From Perna viridis (lineage: Eukaryota), in the NCBI GenBank assembly GCA_037379345.1, contig CM074517.1:21018001-21082000 (forward strand): a DNA stretch of 64,000 nt, in the 5' to 3' direction. The notes below the pieces were generated by a model. That model was not told the origin of the DNA. It did not search any database and saw only the letters and a program-made list of their open reading frames with translations. Both the position numbers and the translations under genes were made by a program. Within the stretch, counting starts at the first letter, position 1, and each line of letters starts with the position of its first letter. Below are positions 44,001 to 56,000 of this stretch, piece by piece.

Positions 44001-47000
44001 ATTTTAATTTATCCTGAAGCGTCTGTGACATAGATAATTTTTTATGATTAATTAGGAAAAAAGTATGGGAAAATTTTCCCTCCATTTTTTCCTTGTGCAT
44101 TTCTACAATACTTGATGAATCAATATCTGAACAAAGCAAAGTTTGCAAACACTTTTATTGTTTTCTTTTGGGGTTATGAGGTTATTATATTTGGATAATG
44201 CAGTAAAATAACTGAATGCAAAATGACCTTTAAAATCTAACTATACCTCTTATGTTAAAGTTTGTATATATTTTAGGATTGTGCATTATATGTCTGAAGG
44301 TAAAATGGTGTTACTGCAGTTCTAAGTATTCAATAAAAAATGATGATGAGTTATAAATTAAAAGCTTAACTTTGTATGGACTGGTTACTCATATATCATG
44401 ATAACAAGCTTTGTCATAATTTTTTTTTCTTAATATTCAACACAAGGTTATTGTTAGGTTGATTTCCGTTCAGATTTATGTCATTCAGTATTAAGTCTTT
44501 CTGGACATTTTGATATTCTCACATTGAAGGTAGAAGGACTCCTCATGTGTGTCCTTTCCTCTTTTCATCCATCTAACGAGTTTTTTGTGCAACTACTTAT
44601 CACAGCCACTTGATATTTTGACAGAGGCTTTAAGGAGTTAAACCTAGGATAGGGGACATAATGATATGTTTGGTCCATATTCAACTTCACAAATGCCTAT
44701 CAAGCTTTCATTTGATGCAGAATGTAATCAGTCCAAGTTAATTTTATGCTTACATGAGATTGGTGTAAAATGCCAAATACAAATGTTCCAGTGACTTGTA
44801 AGAGTTGTGTCCCTTACCCTAGGTTTACCTGCTTAAATAGGTATGCCGTATCGTAGGAATTGATTACAGACTTGAGCCACATCAACTTCCTGTTTTATGA
44901 ATTTAAATACATATGTTTAGACCATATGATTTCGGGGGAGGGGATGGTTATTCTTTAGCTCACAGTTTTTTCTACGATTTTGTCTCTTTCTTAATTTTAA
45001 CAATGCCATCATATATTTTTTCTATGTTTTCAGCTGTAGAAAATGGTGATTTATTTTTTTAAAGCTAGACAATTTTAATTAAAATTATATTTCAGCTACA
45101 TAGAAAACATAGTCTCCTGCAATTTATTAAAAAGGGTTATTTCCCTTTTTCCCTGTTAGTTGTCTGAAAACTACCAATTGCATGACGTTCATTAGTTATA
45201 GTACATTATTAGATATTGAATGCACGTCGTGTATTGCCGTTTATAAATGTAAGCTACAGATTATGATAAGAATAATAAATAAGTGAACAATAATCACGTT
45301 TAAGTAGTAAAATGGAACTAGATACAAATAGAATAACAAATAAATGTATAAAAATAAAGAAAATGGGGCCCAAATTTTCTGCCTTACTTTTTGCCCCTGA
45401 CGTAAGGCCGAAAATTTGGGCCTCATTTTCTTTATTTTTATACATTTTCATTGTAATTTTATTTGTATTTTGTTCCATTTTATGTTTTTAAACGTGGCTT
45501 TTGTTCACTTATTTATTATAATTCAGCCACTTTACAACATATATTATTTTTATGCTACAGATGCATATGAACTCGTTGAATTATCAGCTGACTTACTGTA
45601 GTTATTTTTGGAGGCTCTTTTGTACCTCATGAATATTTGTGCAATTGTCCCAACAAATGGTCTAATATAACTGAGTTTTTATTGCTATTATTTGTAACAT
45701 ACTAAATCAAGTTAATGTTTAAATAGAACTTGTACTGATTGAGGTATGTATGATAACGTAACCATTACATATACGGAGGAAGATAACTAAAACTTTATAA
45801 TAAATAAAAATATGTAGGCTTTCCAGTCATGAATCACATTTTGCATGATTCTTATGTGGAGTGCTACTTAATTCTTTTATGTAAAACAAAGTCATGACAT
45901 TTATATTTACATGCTTTTTATAACTCATGCAGCATTCTAGGATTTGGGCTTTCTTCATTGAGAGGAAAGCAAAAATTAATGTACTTGTATATTAAAAGTA
46001 TCAGTACTGCAGGCATCTGACATGTTATACCCAGCGCTATCAGAAGTAGGTGCAAGGTAGCAATTTTCACCATCTACTTGACCAAATTTTGCATTGAAAT
46101 TTATGGAGGGGGAGCCATCTACTTTGGGAATTAAAGTTAACTATTCTAAGTCCTTCATACCATTTTACTATAATGACTGGTTATTACAGAATTAAGAAAG
46201 GTTATACTAATGGAAAAAATCTATTTATAGATCAATGGTATGCGCTAGATTATAAAGAATTCTCATGTGTTAGAATTGACAGGTTGTATAACCTGTTTAA
46301 ACAGATATACTACTATATAAACATTCTTGTTGTCCTTATTTATTGGGCTAGGTCTTAAGAACATCAAACTTAATTATAATATCAGTTTATTTCAGAAACA
46401 ATACATGTCCTAGTATTTTAATTTTTGTCTTTTTAAGTAGACCGATATTTTAGGAATGTTTGTATTAAAAAAATGGTCATGATTTGATTATTGAACTGAC
46501 AAGCTAATGTGAACTTATTCTTTAAAATGATCCTACAAAATCAGATAGAAATATGAGACTTTTAAGAAGATACATGTGGAATGAAAATATGTGTCTGTGT
46601 TTCTCTTGATTTTGATATTCAGTGTATAATTTGAGCTAAACATTGTATAAGAAAAAATGCAGATTTGTTGTTGTCCTCATTGGTCAAAAATAGTGTGAGG
46701 TATTGAGAGAACATGTGATAGCAGCAAATTCATATTATTATCATCTGGTTGAGTTTATCAATTGTGATAACAATTTTGTACTGTATTAAAAACAAACAAT
46801 ATTATATATGATAATCATTTAAGAGTTATGGCCCTTTTTCGCATAAAATAGTTGAAATTTTCTCTAAATTATCTTGTCTATTACCTATCATTTTTCTTTG
46901 TATTATTGTCCAATTAATATCACCACCTTAACACATTTTCAATATACATTTATACAGATGTTGATGAGTGTGTAGAAAGTACAAGTAACTGTGAACAGAT

Positions 47001-50000
47001 CTGTAACAATACGATGGGATCCTATAGCTGTGCTTGTAGGGATGGTTACATACTCAATGGTGATGGAATCACATGCTCTATTGGTATGTTATAAATACAA
47101 ACATGATTTTCTTCTGCTTTAAAGTGGGAATTGCTTTTCAAATCCAGGTTTTACTGCTTCTATTCTATTCTACTTCTAATTTTGCTAATTTCCAGCTTTG
47201 CAAAATCAGGTTTGTTGACAAGTAGTTAAGTGCATGGTGTCTTTTAAACATTTTTTATGAATCCTTAGCTCTCCTCTTGTTTCATATCATCAACTGTGAT
47301 TGATTGATTGATTATTGGGGTTTAACTCCCGAGCAGCAGTATCATCAACAGTGAAGACAGTAAGTTAAGCAGTATTATTCTGATACTTTCCTTAGATGAA
47401 AAAGGTAATGTTTATATTTTTGTTATCTCTGTACCAGAAAAAGTATTGAATTAAATTGAAGTAAGTAGGTTCTGAACAGTTAATCAAATGATTTTGCATA
47501 GACATTTTATTTTAAAGACTGTCTACTTTGAGTTTGCAATTTTCAGATTTACTATTTTTAAGTTACTTTAATTTTGTTTCATTTTTGATAAGAACCTGAT
47601 TGTTTTGTATCAACAGATCCTACATACAATACAACCCTGTGTAATGCAATCAACTGTGAGTTTGGATGTTCAGTGGAAAATAATGCTGCAAAATGTTTTT
47701 GTAAGACTGGTTACAATCTCAACAATGATGGTAGAACATGTACAGGTAAGTCACAATCTCAACTGTGAGTAAAATAAATGTACAGGTAAGTCACAAATTC
47801 AACAGTGAGTAAAATACATGTACAGGTAAGTCACAAACTCAACATTGACAAATAACTTAAACAGGTAAGTCACAAACTCAGCAGTGAGGAAAGGTCTTGT
47901 ACAGGTAAGTCAATCAGCAGTGAGAATAAGACTTGTACAGGTAAGTCACAAACTCAGCAGTGAGGAAAGGTCTTGTACAGGTAAGTCACTCAGCAGTGAG
48001 AATAAGACGTGTACAGGTAAGTCACAAACTCAGCAGTGAGGAAAGGTCTTGTACAGGTAAGTCACTCAGCAGTGAGAATAAGACTTGTACAGGTAAGTCA
48101 AAACATCAACAGTGATAATATGACTCATTAAGTCATTAACTTAACACTAAGAATTAGATTTGTACAGTTGGTCACAAACTCAATAGTGACTTAAAAACTC
48201 GTTCAGGTGAGGCAGAAATTGAAACACTGACAAAAGAACTTTAACATGTAACTTCTGTTGTAAAAGAAGTGGCCATTGTTCAGTTTTTAAATGAAGATAT
48301 TTTGTATTTATTAGTACTAACTTGGGCAAACAAATGAATTTCTCATTATCTCAAAATACTGATTTGGTAGGTTAAATAAATACATCCTTGAGACTTGTTA
48401 AGTTGTCTGTATGATGGTTGCCTTCCTTTTTTTAAACGGTGAATTATTTAATCAGCATGAATATTGATAAAAAGGCTCTGGTTGGTTTTAATTAGTGGAA
48501 TCGGGATTATATTTTTTGACAGATATCAACGAATGCTCAATCAGTAAGGCATTCTGTCCTCAGAAGTGTACCAACACAGAAGGAAGCTATAAATGTGGAT
48601 GTTATAAAGGATTCAAGATACTACCAGACCTAACATCTTGTGGAGGTTGTATTTTTTAAATTATTTTATTTTTGGTTTTTCCAGAAATCAAATAGAAGTT
48701 GGTAAGACAATAACTTGGTCTGTTTGGTCACATTTATAAAGATTACAGTGTAATTATTCACTGTAATGAGATCTAGCCTCCCATTATCTCTATGAGGATT
48801 AAACCAAAATGCATTAAATAAGCAGTTTACATTTAGAAGCTTTTCTTGTATGTACAAATGTACCAGATTCTTCCATATATATTTTTGTTTGCTTCCCTTA
48901 TATGGGACTGGAAACATAGTTAAGTGACATCAAATTTTCTCTTGCCTTTGTTTTTAATATGTCTATGAGGCTGCCACTTTTTGGACGTTTTATTGGTTAA
49001 GAGAACGAAATAAGATGGGCTGACCTGACCTCGTCTTACACAGGTCTTCTCAGCTTACAAAAGGTCATTTCCAGAAGATAATCAACATTAATCAATTGGT
49101 AATTAATTCATTTGAAGACCGAGTGGTGTACAATTAATCTGTTTTTGATAGTCAGTAAAATTCATACAAAACTATAAAACAAAATTAAGAAATATATATA
49201 CAAGTTGTCTTCCCTGTCAGAAGCTATCACCTACCGTTCATGCTTCTCTTTTTCATTTAATTGGCCACACAGTTTTTATGATTTTGCATTGAATTAGTAT
49301 GACATCTTTCCCACAACAGTCTAAGAATAAGAATATGCAGTGTGTCAAATGGTTACTTTCTAGGAATAGAGCTAGTCTTCCCATGATTGACTGTCCATTA
49401 CTTTAGGTAGTTAACTGGATAATTGACAAGAAGATCTAAACTTTCTCTTTTTCCATAGGTATTTTAATCTGATGAGTCTGACAGAAAGTTTAAATCTCTT
49501 CGTCAAGTGTCTAGTAAACTATCGAAGACATTTCATCAGGTAATGGTCATGATCATTTATTCAAGGGAAGACAACTCTATTCCCTGAAGTTAACTATATT
49601 ATCTGTAATCTTAAAAGTGCAAAATGTCTTTCTATGATTCTTATAGGAAACTGTAAAGAGATTATACTTTTATCTTTTAGAATGTGATTCCAGTCACTAT
49701 GGTGATGATTGCAAGATGAAGTGCAGTGCATGCTCCCCATATACAACAAAGTGTGACAGGGTCAAAGGTTGTATCTGTTCCTCAGGATGGACTGGTACCT
49801 TGTGTACTGAGGATATCAATGAATGTGCTCAGGAGGGTATATGTGGAACTCTTGAGGATTGTGAAAATTCTTTTGGATCTTACGAGTGTGTCTGTAAGGA
49901 GGGTTATGAAAGGGCAGCTGATGGAACATGTATAGGTATACACTATATGTTAAATGGATTTCCTGTATAGATTAAATATCACAACCATTTTCATTTTCCT

Positions 50001-53000
50001 CATCTGAAACATGTTTTATACTTAAACAGAAAATAATTTGTACATACTTTGACATGCAACTTTTTTTATCCATGTTCAATTGAATTTATAAAGTAAATTT
50101 AGATTTATATAGATTTGTATACAGACAATAACAGTGCACTGATACGACATAAAACTGATATATGGATGAGGCTTTAAACTGTGGTAAAATGCGAGGCTGT
50201 GTGATTCAGGGACAGTGTATCACTTATTTAAATATACAGTCAGTGCATTTTGACTGCTCAAATTGAACAGTTGCAGTATGAATAAGATTACCTTTCTGCT
50301 TCCTCATTTTTTAATAATCGTGAAATCCTGTTTATAGATATCAATGAGTGTACAATTGGTCAGTTCAACTGTAGTAACAATGCTGAGTGTGTCAACACTG
50401 TAGGGAGTTACCTATGTACCTGTAAGGAGGGATTTAATGGAGATGGTGTCAATTGTACTGGTAAGTAATAAAAGAAAGGTAACTCTTGTGTCAAGGTATA
50501 GGGATTTTCCTGTGTACCTATATGGAGAGATTTAGGGACGATGGTGTCACTTGTACAGGTAAGTAATAAAAGAAAAGTAGCTCATGTGTCAAGGAATATG
50601 GAGTTACCTGTGTACATGTATGGAGAGATTTAGGGACGATGGTGTCAATTGTACAGGTAAGTAATAAAAGAAAAGTAGCTCTTGTGTCAAGGTAAAGGGA
50701 GTTACCTGTGTACCTGTATGGAGAGATTTAGTAGCAATTTTATGGTGTCAAGTGGGAGGGAGGTCAGAAATAAAAGGGAGATAACTTCAGTGTGTCAATT
50801 TTGTAGAATGTTACCTGTGAGAAGGAATATAAGGGGATTAACATCAGTTTGGTAGTAAGGTCAGGAGGAATCTTGCTTTTGTGCCAATTTTATTTGTGCT
50901 ACAAGGTTGTACTTCATTTGCATGAAAGACTGATTATTTGAGATGGACATGATTCAATATAAGACAGTGAAAATTAATCTGTAATATCTGATGGCCTTGG
51001 GTATAGATTGTTAGTTGTTTTGAAAAATGGTTTATTCTAAAGGTGTAAAAAACTTGCAAAGCCAGAATAACAACAGATGTAGTTGGCATGACTGTTGTTA
51101 AAACTCTGAATAAAACACCATCATGGTTTGGACATGCAGAAAACAGGATCTGAACAACTATACATTAGAGTTAGAAAAGTGTGTTTAGTACGGGTAACAG
51201 ATCTTGCTTGTGAAAAGAAGAGGTACAAGTAAAATAATTAAAATTAGTACTATATTGTATTAAATTCACCATTAATTGTGGAATAATTCATGATTGATGC
51301 AAATTAAATATGGTTTGTGGTGGAAATGAGATTTTTTTGGCAAAAGCAATGTGTCTAGATCAGGAAAAAACTGAAGTTTACTCCAAATATTTTTTTCAGA
51401 TTCTATTCAAGAGCTTTGGTGGACTGATTCGATTTGTCTCTTTATTTTTAGTTCTTCGTTCACTATTTGTATAATTGATACATATGGAGAAAACATGGAT
51501 AACCATTAATTATAGATGAACTGCTATAAAAGATTTAACAAAATTTAGAATTAATTGGTACTAAAAAGAAGTAATAGATAAAGCTGGAACCCTATTGCTA
51601 TTCTATAGATGGGTAAAAGGTAAAATAGGATTTTGTGAATCTTCAGATCCAATTTTACAGAGGAGAACATGACACACTTTCACATACATTAAAGTTGTAT
51701 TTAGTTTGTCAAATGGTATTGTTGTACATAGGTATGGTTTGATTTCAGATATTGATGAGTGCTTCTTAAAGACAGACGACTGTCAACATACATGTGTTAA
51801 TATGGTGGGCAGCTTCAATTGTCTTTGTAATATAGGATTTCAACTGAATGCTGACAGAAAAACATGCTTTAAGATACAAGATCAAAAGGGTAAATACTTT
51901 AAAAATGCTTCATTGAAAATTTACATCTGGCTTCATTGTGAGTTAAAGACTTATATTTATGAGGGGAAATTTGGACAAATCAATTCTAGACTTAATGATG
52001 CACAATTTGATCCAATTTATAAACTGAAAGTCCTGATTAATTTAGTTTTCAAGACAGTAGTTACAGTGTACAAATTAGACAAACTTTACATATAAAAATT
52101 GTACAGTTCGTAACTGATAGGAGTACCTGTTTTGTTCAATGCCTAACTCGTATCATTAGAAATAATTTCAATTATTACTACAGTTTAAATATGATGTTTT
52201 GCCATTAAAGCTTTTTTTGTTACCTTGCAGTTGAAGACAGGTGCAGTGCCTTAGATTGTGACAAAATTAATGGTGGATGTTCTCTCAATGCAACAGAGGA
52301 TGCGTTCTGTTTTTGTAACTCAGGGTTTGAGTTTGTCGACCCTAGTAATTTTACCTGCACAGGTAATGTCATATAGCTGTTATTCGAATTTGGGAAATTG
52401 TGAAATATACATTTTTTTTAGGACTCTGGGATGAATGTAAAAGAAGAATTCTTTCTTATTTATATATATATATATATATATTGGAAACAAAGTAATTAAC
52501 ACACAATTTAGTAATTTTTTTTTCAGCATTATATGTTTAGATGATTCTTTTTTTTACACAAAATGGTGTTTAATTACAGTTAGTCTCTTGAACATAAAAT
52601 GTTTAAAAAATTATAATATTTTGTGTAGTTATTGTTGTTGATATACATTAATGTAGCTATGTTGGTGTGTATATTTTTGTAGATATTGATGAATGTAGCA
52701 ATAACAATGGAAATTGTGACCATATCTGTACTGATAATACGGGAGGCTTCACCTGTTCGTGTAGTACTGGGTATAAACTCATATCAGATGGAAAGTCATG
52801 TGAACGTAAGTTTAAACTACAAGTTTCTATAAACATTTATTGTTTATATTGCCTGTGAAGAAAGTGGGCCCTACTATTTTTCTGTCACAATCAATAAATT
52901 ACAAATCTTAACCTTAGAATTACATTGCATTTTGTGTAATATGAACAAAAGATGAGTTGCCAACATCTAGGATCTGTGATGTTAGGAGCTAATACTATAA

Positions 53001-56000
53001 CTCTTTATCTGGTCATCTGTTAAAATTACCAATTTTTTTATGGATCTTTTTGATATAATTTCAGCCTGTAATACTACAAACCGATGGGGTGCTAACTGTG
53101 CCGAGGCATGTGATTGTGGTATAGGGAGTGAGTACTGTGATACCCTGACTGGATGTGTCTGTAAACCTGGCTACAATGGGACATATTGTACTGTGGACAT
53201 AGATGAATGTCTTAACTCACCATGTCCTAACAATCAGACATGTGCCAACACAGGTGGTTCATACACATGTACATGTTCACAGGGGTATGAGATACAGAAT
53301 GATATCTGTGTTGGTAAGTGTTGAATTAGTAGTATTCCAACTAATCATAGCCCCATGTGAAAAATAGGTGGTTTATAGTGATCATTCTGTCCATTCCTCT
53401 GTTTCCAGTTCTGATCTGCACCTCCTCTCAAACTACTGAATGGAATTTGATGAAACTTTAACACATTCTGTATCATATGGTGCCATTGTGTACTTCCAAT
53501 TTTGCTTTTCCATGTGATTGACTTTCGGTTTTTCTAGATGGTTTCTAGGGAGTGGAGTTTTTTTTGTTTTTAAATGATTTCATAGTAATTTTGTGTAGGT
53601 TATTGATTAAAATTTTATATATTGAATGTAGTCTTCTCAGAATTGATCATTTAAAAGTTAAGACAAAAAAATTGATTTTACAGAAATACCAAAAAATAAC
53701 AAATAAAGAAAACAAACAAAGAGTAAACAAACATTGAATAAAAAAAATAAGGAGTAAATTCTTTTGATGCAGTTTACCATATTTATTTCCTTAGATACGG
53801 ATGAGTGCACTAAAGATACTGATACCTGTGACCAGAGATGTGTCAACAAAGTGGGAGGTTATCTATGTACATGTGAGGATGGCTTTGTACTCAATGGTAC
53901 TGATACATGTTTAAGTAAGTCTGAATTCCTTAAGTATTAATTAGATAGAAGGACACTATATACAGAACTAATTGAATATTTATGTTTGTATTTAAATGAA
54001 GGGTTTTTGACTCTCTTTTTCTGACTGATCTTTTATTGACATTGTCCATGGTAATAATGTGGTAGTGTCTTTTTCAATTTGTATTTTGTTTTCTGTTGAT
54101 GCATTGTGATTTTATCTGTTTTAAAGAATTTAAATATGCAAAAAAAGAGACCTGGGTTTTCTTTTTTAATATTTATTTCTAAAATCTGATTTTCCTCCAT
54201 TTTAAAGCATAATTCTGCTTTTTCAAATCCAGATTTTACTGTTATGATTCTTTTTTTAATGTATATTTACTACTCTGATTTTGCCAATTCTGGTTTGTTA
54301 TGTTGACCTCGTAAAATCAGGTCTGATATCTATCAAATTTTAAACTTGTATTGTAACTTATCATGGTTAATTTATAGTAAAAATCATGTCAATATGTAAA
54401 AATGTTCAGAAAAAAAATGTCAGGAAAACGGTTATTTCTGTGAATTTTGATAAGTACAAAGCCCGTAATTTCGGTAAAATTTATCAAAAAGTAAACTTGA
54501 CTTTTAACTTATCATGGTGAACTTATTAATCAAAAAAATATTTCAATATCTGCAAGTGTCTGGAAAACTTAAGATGGACTGACGGTCAGACGGACGGGTC
54601 AAACACATTATACCCTGCGAAACTGCATTGCGTGTGGTATAATTATTTAAGCTCACAGTTCTTCTGCTTTGAAATTAAGAGAACACATATTCCATAACAG
54701 ATGTAAAAGATTAGTACTGGTACTGGAGTTACGCACAATCAGGTGATAAAGGGCAAGTAATTCTTTACATTTACGACATACTGTGAGGTGAAATATTGTA
54801 TGAAATCAGTCTTTAACTTAAGCCAAAATTGTGTATGTCATTTGACCATAAGGTCAAAGGTCATGTTCAAAAGTCACACATATTGGTACATGACACTTAA
54901 CCTTAGCGTGAAATACCCACATACCAAATGTCAGGTATCTTAGTAAACAGGCAAAAAAGTTATGGCACAGGCAAAACTTTGGGGGGTATTTTGCCAAAAT
55001 GTGTATCTTATTTGACCATGAGGTTGACAGGTTAAGGTCTGTTTGTTTGTTTGTTGGGGTTTAGCAATATTTCAGCTATATTCAGATGATGAACATGAAA
55101 TGATGATGAAATGAAAAAAGGATGGGACACAAGGATAATAGGGTCGACAAATTTTGATTGCCACTAGAAAAAGGGGGGATGGGTAAGGTTGGGCAATTTA
55201 GCCTCCTGTGGCAGAGTGCAAAGGTTCCTACTCCTATCGAATACCACAGCAGGGTTCTTTAACGTGGGAGGAACATGACATCTTTCCCAACACGGTGCAC
55301 CACTATGGTTTGCGGTCAGGTTTTCCATATTATAGCCTGACAACCCAAGCATGTAACATACCAGGGGTACCCCATTCCACCATCCTAGTATGTGATGCCT
55401 GGCCTTCAGGTTTTATAACCCCATACCAAATATCAGATGTCTTAGTGAAAAGACAAAACTATTTTAGCCCAGACAAAATTTTGTATGGTATTTGGCCAAA
55501 ATTTTGTATGTCATTTGACCTTGGAGTCAAAGGTCAAGGTCAAAAGTTATCCTATCTTGAACATTACACTATACCTTAATGTGATTTACTTACATACCAA
55601 AAATCAGATATCTTGATAAAAAGACAAAAAACAGTATGGCCAAAGACAAAGTTTTTTATGGTATTTTGCCAAAACTTTTTTGTTATTTGTTCTTGGGGCC
55701 AAAGGTCAAGGTCAAAGGTCACCTACTTAAAACATTACTCCTTGCCTTGGTGTGATATACTTAAATGTCAAAGATCAGATATTTAAGTAAAAAGACCAAA
55801 AAATAATAGTACAGACAAAATTACATATCATATTTTGCCAAAATTTGTATGTTATTTGACCTTGAGGTGAAAGGTCTAGGTCAAAAGTCTCCCACTCTGG
55901 TATGCGACAATCTACCCTGAGAGGATATACCAACATACCAAATATTAGAAGTCTAGGTCAAAAGACAAAAAAGCTATGGTCTGGACAAAGTTTGTATGAA

